From NCBI GenBank assembly GCA_947589515.1, contig CANQBE010000003.1, forward strand, positions 1 through 63,272: 63,272 bases of DNA, in the 5' to 3' direction. The notes below the pieces were generated by a model that searched no databases, had not been told where the DNA came from, and was given only the letters and a program-made list of their open reading frames with translations. A program made the position numbers and the translations under genes. Below are positions 39,242-49,267 of the stretch, piece after piece; the stretch's first letter is position 1; each line of letters opens with the position of its first letter. Source of the DNA: an uncultured Bacilli bacterium (GTDB lineage: Bacteria > Bacillota_I > Bacilli_A > RF39 > UBA660).

Positions 39242-39349
39242 ATGACTTATTTACAGATTTTAGAAATATTAAATCAAATGGATCGAAAGGTATTAAGTGC
39301 CAAATTAGTTACTTATACTAGAGATTATCAGAAAAAAATGATATCCTAA
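39242..39349 (+). CDS. Unannotated 35-aa small protein
   Basis: MTYLQILEILNQMDRKVLSAKLVTYTRDYQKKMIS; GGAGGG RBS 8 nt upstream and TATAAT at 39214. Confidence 0.55.
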   Translation: MTYLQILEILNQMDRKVLSAKLVTYTRDYQKKMIS

Positions 39350-39364
39350 CCATAGGTGAAGTGT

Positions 39365-40090
39365 ATGTCATTAGAAAATTTAAAGGGATTATATATCGCG
39401 CATAGGGGAATAAAAACAGATACTATTGTAGAAAATACGATTCCTGCTTTTTCTCTTGCTTTAAAAAAGAATGTTCCCATTGAATTAGATATTCATCTTT
39501 TAAAGGATGGCAATATTGTGGTTTATCATGATAATGATTTGCGAATATTAATGGGAATCAACCGAAAAATATCTAGTTATTCTTATAATGAATTAAAAAA
39601 ATTGACTTTTCCCAATACCAATACACAGATTCCCTTATTGTCAGATGTTTTCAATCTGATAAAGGGAAAAGTTTTATTAGTGATTGAAATCAAAAGAACC
39701 ACAATCTGTAACACTCAAAAATATTGTCAAAAAATAGTAAAACTTCTAAAACAATATCCATATGAGATTATCATTCAATCTTTTGATATCAAAATAGTTC
39801 ACTGGTTTTTAAAACATACGAATTATATCACTGGATTATTGATTTCGCATCCATCTGGAAAAAATTTATTTACTTTATATAGTCTGATTACAAATACCAA
39901 TCTATTAGTATCTTTATTAAATCCTGATTTTATTAGTGTTAATTATCGTATTGCCTCTAGTAAAATGGTTCAAAAATTTAGAAAAGAAAAACCGGTTTTG
40001 GTATGGACTATTCATGATCAGAATCAATTAGAAAAAGTAAAACCATTTGCAGATAGTTATTTTGTTGGCGATTTTTACTTTAAAAAGTAA
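39365..40090 (+). CDS. Glycerophosphodiester phosphodiesterase
   Basis: IAHRG, IELDIH..KDG.IVVYHD, IEIK, VWTI. Confidence 0.9.
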   Translation: MSLENLKGLYIAHRGIKTDTIVENTIPAFSLALKKNVPIELDIHLLKDGNIVVYHDNDLRILMGINRKISSYSYNELKKLTFPNTNTQIPLLSDVFNLIKGKVLLVIEIKRTTICNTQKYCQKIVKLLKQYPYEIIIQSFDIKIVHWFLKHTNYITGLLISHPSGKNLFTLYSLITNTNLLVSLLNPDFISVNYRIASSKMVQKFRKEKPVLVWTIHDQNQLEKVKPFADSYFVGDFYFKK

Positions 40091-40095
40091 TTTTG

Positions 40096-40124
40096 TTGAA
40101 AAGAAAAACAAAGTATGATAGAAT
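40096..40124 (+). promoter_or_regulatory. sigmaA-type promoter of the radical SAM gene
   Basis: TTGAAA-17 nt-TAGAAT with extended -10 TG. Confidence 0.6.
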
Positions 40125-40150
40125 AAACACTACTTTGGTGGTGATAGCAA

Positions 40151-41854
40151 ATGAAACAATTTCAAACTTTGGAAGAATTTGTGCATTCTGATGCATTTTC
40201 TAAAAAAGACTTATATGATTGTGACTTATCTAATTTAGATTTATCTAGTTTTCCAACTAGTACATGGGAAGGTTTTACCTTTTATGAAACAAATTTTACA
40301 AATACAAATATTAAATTTTATCCACAAACATTGAAATGGAATGGTTTTGTTTGGGATTTAGATTATTGTAATTTTACCAATTGTGATTTATCTTATTTAA
40401 CTGCAAAAGATTTAGAAAAAGTTTCTATTGAAGGATGTAATTTTACGAATACAAATTTTTATGTTAATCCTTTAGACTCAGATTTTCATTTTTATGGAGT
40501 AATATTTGGGGATGCCTATCATGGAAGAGAACTTGATAAGTATGCATCTACAATGGATATTGATACTTTATTATTAAATCCAAATCTTTCTTTTTCTTCT
40601 AATAGTATTTTAGAAATGTTACACAACTCATATTTGCTTCATAATAGAGTAACAATTGATATTGATAAAGTACTAGATATTGATAAAAAAAACGAAGGAA
40701 AGTTATGGAAGTTTTGGAATTTAATTTCCACCAATGCAAAATTCTCGATTGAAGAAAAAGGAACCTTTTTTTATAATAGAATTATTGGAAATAAAAATTT
40801 TAACACTTTGGATTTAAGTGAATTTGATTATAATTTTTTAAATAATTTTAATTTCTTCCAATGTAGATTTCAAAAAATAATATTTCCAAATTCTGATATA
40901 AAAGAGGATAATATACATTTTATGTATTCAAAAGCAGAAAAGGTTATTTTTCCAACTATTACCCCTAGTTCTTGGAATAAAATTAATAGAAAAAGATTAT
41001 TTAGTCATGTAACTTTTTATAAAAATCTATATGTAGAACTCGGAAGATTCTGTAATGGAAAGTGCCAATTTTGTAGAAATCAATGTCTAGAGCCTTGTGA
41101 ATATGACTTTGAACCAATCTTTGAAAATTTGCATAAACTATATCCATATTTAGATAATATAGTTATTGGCGGAGGAGAGCCAACTTTATTAGAAGAAGAT
41201 TTAAAAAAATTATGTCAAAGTGATTTGAGTAATAAAATAACTATTTTTACGAATGCTTCTCTACATGATGACGGATTAAGGAAATTAAATGCAATGGTAC
41301 CTTTATATATTAGTAGACATAGCATGGATGATGATGAAAATAATAAGATTCTTGGGGTAGAGGCTTTGACAAATTTGAATCTTAGATTTTTATGCGCATC
41401 TCACTTAAACCCAATTACCTTATGTGCTACTTGTTTTGAAAATGGATTAGACTCAAAAGATAAAATTTTAGATTATATTAAGTATTATAGTAAAGAAGTA
41501 AAAATTCATAACTTTTTATTTCAAACTCTTCATCAAGATTTAAATACGCCATTTAGTAGTAACACAGTACTTTCTATTAGTAATCATGTTTTTGATTTAG
41601 TAATTAATGAACTAAAAGGAAATGGATATAGCATTAGTATACCTATCTATTCAATAGGAGATTATAAATTGATAATTGCTAAAAAATTTGACATTCATAT
41701 TTCTTTGAAACAATATATTACGAAGGAAGAATTAGAAAGTATGTGGTATCAATCTCCCAAAAGAACTTTTGATCTATCTATGGATCCTAGTGGTAATTTA
41801 TATGAAAATTGGCATCAATCTTCTGGAAAAGTCCTAATCAAAGACTTGCACTAA
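40151..41854 (+). CDS. Pentapeptide-repeat / radical SAM fusion protein
   Basis: N-terminal LYDCD LSNLD, FYETN FTNTN, LDYCN FTNCD, IEGCN FTNTN repeats; CNGKCQFC (41051-41074) and GGGEP. Confidence 0.8.
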   Translation: MKQFQTLEEFVHSDAFSKKDLYDCDLSNLDLSSFPTSTWEGFTFYETNFTNTNIKFYPQTLKWNGFVWDLDYCNFTNCDLSYLTAKDLEKVSIEGCNFTNTNFYVNPLDSDFHFYGVIFGDAYHGRELDKYASTMDIDTLLLNPNLSFSSNSILEMLHNSYLLHNRVTIDIDKVLDIDKKNEGKLWKFWNLISTNAKFSIEEKGTFFYNRIIGNKNFNTLDLSEFDYNFLNNFNFFQCRFQKIIFPNSDIKEDNIHFMYSKAEKVIFPTITPSSWNKINRKRLFSHVTFYKNLYVELGRFCNGKCQFCRNQCLEPCEYDFEPIFENLHKLYPYLDNIVIGGGEPTLLEEDLKKLCQSDLSNKITIFTNASLHDDGLRKLNAMVPLYISRHSMDDDENNKILGVEALTNLNLRFLCASHLNPITLCATCFENGLDSKDKILDYIKYYSKEVKIHNFLFQTLHQDLNTPFSSNTVLSISNHVFDLVINELKGNGYSISIPIYSIGDYKLIIAKKFDIHISLKQYITKEELESMWYQSPKRTFDLSMDPSGNLYENWHQSSGKVLIKDLH

Positions 41855-41936
41855 TTCACGATTCATTCCTGTACTAGCCATTGACTTTTTTCTATATTTT
41901 TGTGATAATATTAGCGTAAGGGTTTGGTGAAGAAAG

Positions 41937-42272
41937 ATGCAAGGAAAGATTTCTTTAACTCCACAAGATATTCTAGAAAAAGATTTTAAGATTGATACCA
42001 GAGGGTATCGTTTAAAAGAAGTAGATCAATTTTTAGATGAAATTATTGGAGATTATGAGCAATTTTATCAAATAATACAGAATTTAGAAAAAGAAAAAGA
42101 AGCACATATCAAAGAAATAATGAACTTAAAGCAAGAACTTCGCAATGTAAAAATGAGTATCGATATTGCGAAGGGTAGTGAAAAAGAAGTTACGAATATG
42201 GATATTTTACGTCGTATTTCTAATCTTGAAAAAATTGTTTACGGAAAAGAAGAAAAAGAAGAAGAGGAATAA
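41937..42272 (+). CDS. gpsB: Cell division regulator GpsB (DivIVA family)
   Basis: LTPQDILEKDFK..RGY...EVDQFLD; TNMDILRRISNLEK.VYG C-terminal motif; upstream of rnpB. Confidence 0.93.
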   Translation: MQGKISLTPQDILEKDFKIDTRGYRLKEVDQFLDEIIGDYEQFYQIIQNLEKEKEAHIKEIMNLKQELRNVKMSIDIAKGSEKEVTNMDILRRISNLEKIVYGKEEKEEEE

Positions 42273-42626
42273 TAATACTTTGACAAACGCTATATTCTAG
42301 TAATATAGAGGAAAGTCCATGCTCACACAATCTGCGATGATTGTAGTGTTCGTGCTAAGGGAAAAAATAACCTTAGGTAGCAATTTGCTAACGGCAACGA
42401 AGTTTCCTAAGTCTAAGATAAGGAAATGGTAGTTATAAAGTGCCACAGTGACGATATTTTTTCGAAAGAAAAAAGTGAAACGCGGTAAACCCCACGAGTG
42501 AGAAACCCAAATTTTGGTAGGGGAGCTCTGATAATGGAATCAAACAAAGTCAGGGATCGAGAATTCGATAGATAAATGTTTGTCACCTAGCAATAGGTAC
42601 AGAACATGGCTTATAAAGTATTTATT
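42270..42626 (+). ncRNA. rnpB: RNase P RNA, bacterial type B
   Basis: GAGGAAAGTCCATGCTC (42308), AGTGCCACAGTGAC, AAACGCGGTAAACCCCACGAG and ACAGAACATGGCTTA; P1 pairing AATAATACTTT/AAAGTATTTATT; gpsB-rnpB synteny. Confidence 0.95.
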
Positions 42627-42645
42627 ATTGATTAGAGGTGTTAAT

Positions 42646-43158
42646 TTGAAAGAAATTGGTGAATTTTTAAAATCCTCAAGAATAAAAAATGGTGTTAGTT
42701 TAGAAGAAGCAGCTGAAGATTTAAATTTAGCTGTCATTCAACTAGAAAACATAGAAGATGGAAATATACGTGCATTTAAAGATATCTATGTCTTAAGAGA
42801 TTTAATCAAAGACTATAGTAAATATTTAGGGGTTGAAGTAGATCATATTCTAGATGAATTCAATGACTTTATGTTTGATCACACATCTAAAATTTCTTTA
42901 GATGATATTTTAGAATCAAGGAGATTAGCAAAAGAACTAGAAGAAAAAAACAGAGTTGCTTCCCCTTATACAAGAATAAGAAAGCCTAAATTTAAACTAG
43001 ATCAATTGAAATTAAAAGCTATTTTAATTCCAATTGGTATTGTGGTTTTTATATTTATATTTTTACTAATATGGTTAAAATTAAATGACCAAAAAGAAGT
43101 AGTTACTACGGAATTACAAGGAAAAGTGGTGGAGGAAGTTTATGAATTTACCTACTAA
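42646..43158 (+). CDS. rodZ: RodZ/YmfM-like HTH membrane protein (short)
   Basis: TTG start with AGAGGTG RBS; IGEFLKSSR...SLEE...LENIEDG...YSKYLG; single TM; upstream of pgsA. Confidence 0.8.
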   Translation: MKEIGEFLKSSRIKNGVSLEEAAEDLNLAVIQLENIEDGNIRAFKDIYVLRDLIKDYSKYLGVEVDHILDEFNDFMFDHTSKISLDDILESRRLAKELEEKNRVASPYTRIRKPKFKLDQLKLKAILIPIGIVVFIFIFLLIWLKLNDQKEVVTTELQGKVVEEVYEFTY

Positions 43159-43738
43159 GTTAACAGTATCAAGAATCATTTTATCAATTTTGATTATGGG
43201 ATTATTACTATTTCCTTTAGAAGCATTAGGAATTTATTTTCCTGTTATTCGTACTAGAATTGATATCGATTTAAAATATGTAGTTGCTGGTATTTTATTT
43301 ATAATTGCTAGTATTACCGATTTTTTAGATGGATATTTAGCACGAAAAAATAATCAAGTAACAGATACAGGTAAAATGCTAGATGCTATTGCTGATAAAG
43401 TTTTAGTAAATCCGCTTTTAATTATCTTTGCCGCTGAAGGGTTCATTAGTCCTATTGTTCCTGTTGTGGTAGTTGTACGCGATATTGTAGTAAATGCCAT
43501 TAAGATGCAAGCAGCAGCAAAAGGTAAAGTAGTAGCAGCTATTTCCTCTGGAAAAATTAAAACAGCAAGTCTAATGATTGGTATGGTATTACTATTCTTT
43601 GCCGATGTACCATTTATTTATTTCAATATTCGAGTTGATTTATTATTTATTTATTTTGCTACCATTATGTCTCTTGTGTCTATGGTACAGTACTATCAAA
43701 TGAATAAAAAAATTATTTTTGAAAAAGAAGAAAATTAA
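43142..43738 (+). CDS. pgsA: Phosphatidylglycerophosphate synthase
   Basis: NLPTKLT.SR, TDFLDGYLARK..QVT..GK.LDAIADK. Confidence 0.95.
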   Translation: MNLPTKLTVSRIILSILIMGLLLFPLEALGIYFPVIRTRIDIDLKYVVAGILFIIASITDFLDGYLARKNNQVTDTGKMLDAIADKVLVNPLLIIFAAEGFISPIVPVVVVVRDIVVNAIKMQAAAKGKVVAAISSGKIKTASLMIGMVLLFFADVPFIYFNIRVDLLFIYFATIMSLVSMVQYYQMNKKIIFEKEEN

Positions 43739-43824
43739 AAATTAGTTAAAAAATAGTTTTCAAAATAGAAAATTCCCTAGTGGAATTTCTTTTTTTATGG
43801 AAAATAGTTAGTTGGAAATTAATA

Positions 43825-43875
43825 AAACATTTGTTTGAAAAAGTACTTGCATTTTTATAAAAAATAAGATATGAT
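43825..43875 (+). promoter_or_regulatory. recA promoter with possible divergent SOS box
   Basis: TTGCAT-17 nt-TATGAT (43847-43875); AAAC-ATTT-GTTT at 43825-43836. Confidence 0.45.
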
Positions 43876-43909
43876 GTATTTGTAAGTCAAATTATGCGAG
43901 GAGGATTAT

Positions 43910-44938
43910 ATGACAAAAAATACTGATAAAAATGAAGCTTTAGAGAAAGTTCTAAGTGATATTGAAAAACAATTTGGTAAAGGTGCTATTATGAAACTAG
44001 GAGATAATAAACATATGGAACTAGATGTAACTCCTAGTGGTAGTTTAAGTTTGGATATTGCGATGGGCGTTGGTGGATATCCTAAAGGAAGAATTATCGA
44101 AATTTATGGACCAGAGTCTAGTGGTAAAACAACATTTGCACTACATGCAATAGCAGAAGTACAAAAGAAAGGTGGAAGAGCAGCATTTATCGACGCTGAA
44201 CATGCCCTAGATCCTGTGTATGCTAAAAATTTAGGAGTTGATATTAACGAATTATTACTTGCTCAACCTGATACTGGAGAACAGGCTTTAGAAATATGTG
44301 AAGCTTTGGTTCGTAGTGAAGCAGTAAATATTATCGTAATTGATTCGGTTGCTGCATTAGTACCACAAGCAGAAATTGATGGAGAAATGGGAGATAGCCA
44401 TGTAGGACTACAAGCAAGATTAATGAGTCAAGCACTTCGTAAACTTTCCGGAACCATTAGTAAAACGAAAACAACTGCTATTTTCATTAATCAGTTAAGA
44501 GAAAAAGTAGGAATTATGTTTGGAAACCCTGAAACAACTCCAGGTGGAAGAGCCTTAAAATTCTATTCCACAATTCGTTTGGATGTAAGAAGAAGTGAAT
44601 CGCTAAAAATTGGAGATAACATTGTAGGAAATAGAACGACTGTCAAAGTAGTAAAAAATAAAGTGGCTCCACCATTCAAAACAGCAGTAGTAGATATTAT
44701 GTATGGAGAAGGCGTAAGCCATGAAGGAGAAATTATCGATTTAGGTAGTGAGTGTGGTGTTTTAGAAAAATCTGGTGCATGGTATGCCTACAAAGGAGAA
44801 AAAATTGGTCAAGGAAAGGAAAATGTAAAATTATTCTTGCGAGATCATAAAGACCTTTGTGAAGAAATGGAAAAACAAATTCGTGCTTACTATGAAATTA
44901 GTATCGATGATAAAAATACGAAATCGAAAGAGGACTAA
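43910..44938 (+). CDS. recA: Recombinase RecA
   Basis: [37 protein letters not shown]. Confidence 0.99.
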   Translation: MTKNTDKNEALEKVLSDIEKQFGKGAIMKLGDNKHMELDVTPSGSLSLDIAMGVGGYPKGRIIEIYGPESSGKTTFALHAIAEVQKKGGRAAFIDAEHALDPVYAKNLGVDINELLLAQPDTGEQALEICEALVRSEAVNIIVIDSVAALVPQAEIDGEMGDSHVGLQARLMSQALRKLSGTISKTKTTAIFINQLREKVGIMFGNPETTPGGRALKFYSTIRLDVRRSESLKIGDNIVGNRTTVKVVKNKVAPPFKTAVVDIMYGEGVSHEGEIIDLGSECGVLEKSGAWYAYKGEKIGQGKENVKLFLRDHKDLCEEMEKQIRAYYEISIDDKNTKSKED

Positions 44939-45006
44939 TTAACAGTCTTCTTTTTTTATATTTCTTATGTTATACTGAAAGTAATAATAAGATGTTAGGT
45001 GTAGAT

Positions 45007-46620
45007 ATGAAAAAATTTGTAAATAAATATTTGATTCAAATAACTTTGATCAGTTTAATCATAATCAGTAGTCTTTGGTTAATTCCTAAGGGAATGCCAT
45101 ATCAACATGATATTGGATTTCACTATGAAAGAATGGTAACTTTAGCAAAAACCATCCACCACGGAGATATCTTGGCTTTAGTACATGATGCTTTCTATGG
45201 TTATGGCTATGCACTAGGAATCTTTTATGGAAATTTCTTTTTTTACTTACCAGCATTTTTATGTTTAATAGGATTACCTAGTATGTTAGCCTATAAAATA
45301 TTTTTTATATTCATTAATATTGGAACTGTCTACATTGCATATTATGTTAGTAAAAAAATAATTCCAAATCAAAAGGTAGCACTTCTTACAACTATTTTAT
45401 ATTCTTTATCCGAATATCGTATGTATGATGTTTTTGTACGCGGGGCTATAGGAGAGACATTAGCCTTTATGGTAATTCCTTTAGTAATGTTAGGACTATA
45501 TGAAATCATTTATCAAGATGATAATAAATGGTACCTATTTTCGATAGGATTTGTGTTACTACTTCTTTCACATTTAATTACAACCATTTTGATGGCTTTC
45601 TTTTGTATCATCATCATTGTAGTAAATTATAAAAAATTTTTACAGCAACCAAAACGATTTTGGCATTTAATAATGTCTGGAATATTAGGATTATTGTTAG
45701 GATGTTTCTTTTTTGTTCCTATCTTAGAACAGTACTTCTTTTCTAATATCAGTATCTTTACAGATGGAAGTGTTTATCTACCAATGGGAACACCGATTCG
45801 GGAATTATTACTACCAAAATGGTTCTTTTCTTGCTACTTAGGAATCTCCATTATCATGTTAATTCCTATTCGTTTCTTTTTTTCTAAAAAGGAACTAGAT
45901 TCCAGTTATCATACGTTATTATCTTTTAGTAATATTTTAATGATATTAGGAATCTTATCCTGGCTTTCGGTAACTAATATCTTTCCATGGAAATTATTAA
46001 ATTCCACATTATCATTTATCCAATTTCCTTGGCGACTATTATTATTTTCTACTTTATTCTTTACGATTTCTATTGGTATCAACCTTTATCTTTTATTAAA
46101 AACAAGTCGAAAAGATATTGGCAAGACAATTGCTTGGTTTATAATTTTAGTTTCTTTTGCTACGAATTTACTTTATTCCGTTCAATATGGAATTCGTAAA
46201 AATCATTATCTAACTTTTCCAGAAAATGAAATTGGAAATGGAGAATACTTATTAGCAGGAACAAATAGATGGGAAACAGAGAACTTAGTAGAAAAAATAT
46301 TTACCAACAATCAAGAATTAACTGTTCATTATAAAAAAGTGGGTACTACTATGACTGTATGGTATTCGAATAATTTAAAGGAAGATACATATGTGGAATT
46401 ACCACTATATAATTATCTTGGTTATCAAGTAGATAATGACTTAAAGATAGTAGATGGTAATCAGCATTTAATTCGTATTTATTTAACCGAAGATAATGGA
46501 AAATTCCAAGTTTCCTATCGTGGTACCACAATTCAAAAAGCAGCCTATTGCGTTTCCTTTTTAAGTTTATTAGGATTTGGTATCATGAGAATAAAAAATA
46601 GGAATCAAAGCAAAAAATAA
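45007..46620 (+). CDS. Polytopic membrane protein, YfhO / PTPS-related GT-C-like glycosyltransferase family
   Basis: HD..FH..R, YGY..G.FYG..F.Y, RGAIGE, QFPWR motifs; about 12 TM segments. Confidence 0.7.
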   Translation: MKKFVNKYLIQITLISLIIISSLWLIPKGMPYQHDIGFHYERMVTLAKTIHHGDILALVHDAFYGYGYALGIFYGNFFFYLPAFLCLIGLPSMLAYKIFFIFINIGTVYIAYYVSKKIIPNQKVALLTTILYSLSEYRMYDVFVRGAIGETLAFMVIPLVMLGLYEIIYQDDNKWYLFSIGFVLLLLSHLITTILMAFFCIIIIVVNYKKFLQQPKRFWHLIMSGILGLLLGCFFFVPILEQYFFSNISIFTDGSVYLPMGTPIRELLLPKWFFSCYLGISIIMLIPIRFFFSKKELDSSYHTLLSFSNILMILGILSWLSVTNIFPWKLLNSTLSFIQFPWRLLLFSTLFFTISIGINLYLLLKTSRKDIGKTIAWFIILVSFATNLLYSVQYGIRKNHYLTFPENEIGNGEYLLAGTNRWETENLVEKIFTNNQELTVHYKKVGTTMTVWYSNNLKEDTYVELPLYNYLGYQVDNDLKIVDGNQHLIRIYLTEDNGKFQVSYRGTTIQKAAYCVSFLSLLGFGIMRIKNRNQSKK

Positions 46621-46659
46621 AGGTTTCATTTTCTAAAGTCAAGGGACTAGATATTTCCC

Positions 46660-46688
46660 TTGACTTATTCTAATTTTCAACTTAAAAT
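46660..46688 (+). promoter_or_regulatory. sigmaA promoter of rny
   Basis: TTGACT-17 nt-TAAAAT. Confidence 0.7.
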
Positions 46689-46744
46689 AGAATTAGATGT
46701 TATGATTAATAGTAATTTAACATATATGAAATGGAGGAATTTAT

Positions 46745-48295
46745 ATGGATATCATTATCTCCATTTTGCTAATCATTGTTGGATTAATTGGCGGTTTTGT
46801 TTTAAATATAGTAGTAAATTCTTTACGTGAAAATAATACTAATAAAAAAATAGAATCTATTATGGAAAAAGCAAAAAAAGACGCTGAAAAAGTAAAAAGA
46901 GATTCTATTTTAGAAACAAAAGAAGAAATACATAAATTAAAATTAGATTATGATAAAGAAGTAAAAGAAAGAAAACAAGAACTAAAAGAATCGGAAGATA
47001 GATTGATTCAAAGAGAACACAACATCGATAAGAGGGATGAGCTTTATCAAAAGCGTGAATCTACCCTTGATGAAAGAGAAAATAAATTATTTGAAAAACA
47101 AAAAGAAATCCAAGATGAACAAGTTAAAGTGGAAGAAATCAAACAACAACAATTAGATTTATTACAGGAAATTTCAGGAATCAGCCGTGAAAAAGCTAAA
47201 GAAATGGTTATGACAAAAGTCAGAGAAGCAATGTCTTTAGAAATCGCTTCTTACATTAAAGAAAGAGAAAATGAAGCAAAATTAGAAGTAGATAAAAAAG
47301 CCAAAGACTTACTAGTATCTTCTATGCAGAAATTTGCATCTGATGTTTCCAATGAACAAACAGTTACTACCGTAAACTTACCTAATGATGATTTAAAGGG
47401 AAGAATTATTGGTAGAGAAGGAAGAAATATTAGAACACTAGAAGCAATTACAGGTGTCGATTTAATTATTGATGATACACCAGAAGCAGTTGTATTATCT
47501 AGTTTTGATCCATTAAGAAGAGAGATTGCGAGAGAAACTTTGGAAACTTTATTGAAAGATGGAAGAATTCATCCAACTAGAATTGAAGAATTATACGATA
47601 AAATTAGCAAAGATATGAAAGCGAAAATTATCGAGTATGGGAATAATGCTCTATTCGAATTAGGAATTACTAAAGTAGATCCAGAGTTAGTAGAAATTAT
47701 TGGTAAACTTCATTTTAGAACCAGTTATGGTCAAAATGCTTTACAACATTCTATTGAAGTAGCCCACTTATCAGGAGTATTAGCAGGTGAATTAGGAGAA
47801 AATGTTTCTCTAGCAAAACGTGCAGGTCTATTACATGATATTGGAAAAGCAATCGATCATGAAATAGAAGGAAGCCATGTAGAAATTGGTGTTGATCTAG
47901 CAAAGAAATATAAAGAACCAGAAGTCGTTATCAATGCGATTGCTTCTCACCATGGTGATACGGAAGCAACTAGTGTCATCTCCGTTATTGTAGCCATTGC
48001 GGATAGTTTATCTGCATCACGCCCTGGTGCCAGAAATGATTCATTAGAAAACTATATGAAACGTCTAGAACAGTTAGAAGCTATTGGAAATGATATTGAA
48101 GGTGTTGATAAGACCTTTGCAGTACAAGCAGGAAGAGAATTAAGAGTAGTAGTAAAACCTGAAGATGTAGATGATTTAACTGCCCATAAGATTGCACGAG
48201 ATATCAAAGAAAAAATTGAAGATACCATGCAATATCCAGGTACTATCAAAATCACAGTCATTCGTGAAACAAGAGCCCAAGAAGAAGCAAGATAA
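46745..48295 (+). CDS. rny: Ribonuclease Y
   Basis: N-terminal TM, coiled coil, KH domain ([13 protein letters not shown]) and HD domain (LLHDIGK). Confidence 0.98.
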   Translation: MDIIISILLIIVGLIGGFVLNIVVNSLRENNTNKKIESIMEKAKKDAEKVKRDSILETKEEIHKLKLDYDKEVKERKQELKESEDRLIQREHNIDKRDELYQKRESTLDERENKLFEKQKEIQDEQVKVEEIKQQQLDLLQEISGISREKAKEMVMTKVREAMSLEIASYIKERENEAKLEVDKKAKDLLVSSMQKFASDVSNEQTVTTVNLPNDDLKGRIIGREGRNIRTLEAITGVDLIIDDTPEAVVLSSFDPLRREIARETLETLLKDGRIHPTRIEELYDKISKDMKAKIIEYGNNALFELGITKVDPELVEIIGKLHFRTSYGQNALQHSIEVAHLSGVLAGELGENVSLAKRAGLLHDIGKAIDHEIEGSHVEIGVDLAKKYKEPEVVINAIASHHGDTEATSVISVIVAIADSLSASRPGARNDSLENYMKRLEQLEAIGNDIEGVDKTFAVQAGRELRVVVKPEDVDDLTAHKIARDIKEKIEDTMQYPGTIKITVIRETRAQEEAR

Positions 48296-48364
48296 CTTCT
48301 TCTTTTTCTATACAAAAATTTGATTTTATGATATAGTTTTACTAGGATAAGAGGGTGCTAATAT

Positions 48365-49225
48365 ATGAATCAAACATTTGAAAGAAAAAGTCATAAAAAA
48401 GAAAAAATAATCATAATTAGTATAATAATATTTAGCATAATAATGATTGGTGTATTAGGATGCTTGTGGTATTTAGAAATTAAAAATAGACCATTAGTTG
48501 AATATCCAAGATATACCTTATCAACAACCAATTGGACAAGCAATAATGTTATCGTAACAATCGATTCTGAAAATAACCAAATTAAATCATATTCTTTTGA
48601 TGGAGGAAAAACCTATCAAACAGAAAATACTTTGGAAGTAACTATGAATAGTGATATTTCTTTAATGGTAAAAGATATTCACGATAGAGAAAGTAAAATG
48701 ATTCCTATTTCCATTAAAAATATTGATAAAGAAGGTCCAACAATTACTTTTGAAGCTGTAACAACAATTCAAATGGGTACAAATTTCTCTCTTCGAAATG
48801 GTGTCCAAGTATACGATGAAGAATCTGGTTTAAACAGTAATTATGTGGTAGTTCCAGATACAATTGATACTTCAAAAGTTGGCGAATATACAATTAAATA
48901 TACGGCATTTGATAAAGTAGGAAATTACACCGAAAAAGAAAGAAAAATTATTGTTTCTGATATTCAAGGTAGAACTTATTACCGATATCGTGATGCAACC
49001 GTTGAAAACTACCAATGTGACCCATATATGTGCAGTTGTGTAACAACAGAGTCTGCCAAATTAACCCAAACCTGTCCATCTGGTTATACATTTAATGAGC
49101 CGGATAAATGTTGTCAGACTTGCTATCGCACATGTCAGAAAATGAATTGGGGAGAATGGAGTAAATGGAGCCAAGAAAAAGTAACAGCTACTCCAACTAG
49201 AGAAGTGGAAACAAAAATAGAATAA
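48365..49225 (+). CDS. Membrane-anchored protein with Ig-like (DUF5011-like) domain and Cys-rich/WxxWS tail
   Basis: TM at residues ~14-37; IDKEGPTI...IDTSKVGEYTIKYTAFDKVGN; 8 Cys then WGEWSKWS. Confidence 0.65.
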   Translation: MNQTFERKSHKKEKIIIISIIIFSIIMIGVLGCLWYLEIKNRPLVEYPRYTLSTTNWTSNNVIVTIDSENNQIKSYSFDGGKTYQTENTLEVTMNSDISLMVKDIHDRESKMIPISIKNIDKEGPTITFEAVTTIQMGTNFSLRNGVQVYDEESGLNSNYVVVPDTIDTSKVGEYTIKYTAFDKVGNYTEKERKIIVSDIQGRTYYRYRDATVENYQCDPYMCSCVTTESAKLTQTCPSGYTFNEPDKCCQTCYRTCQKMNWGEWSKWSQEKVTATPTREVETKIE

Positions 49226-49239
49226 TCATATAAAAAAAG

Positions 49240-49267
49240 AAATAAATACTGATTCTAGTATTTATTT
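49240..49267. terminator. Bidirectional terminator
   Basis: AAATAAATACT-GATTCT-AGTATTTATTT. Confidence 0.7.

Noticed and set aside
40151-41854. Prokaryotic viperin or RiPP maturase
   Set aside because: The CxxxCxxC context (ELGRFCNGKCQFCRN) lacks the viperin NYH...CNY.C.FCF pattern; there is no SPASM cysteine cluster and no adjacent precursor or transporter.
42580-42645. N-terminal extension of the RodZ-like ORF as given in the track, and ORF 42540-42737 (-)
   Set aside because: They overlap the 3' end of rnpB; a TTG start at 42646 with AGAGGTG RBS is better.
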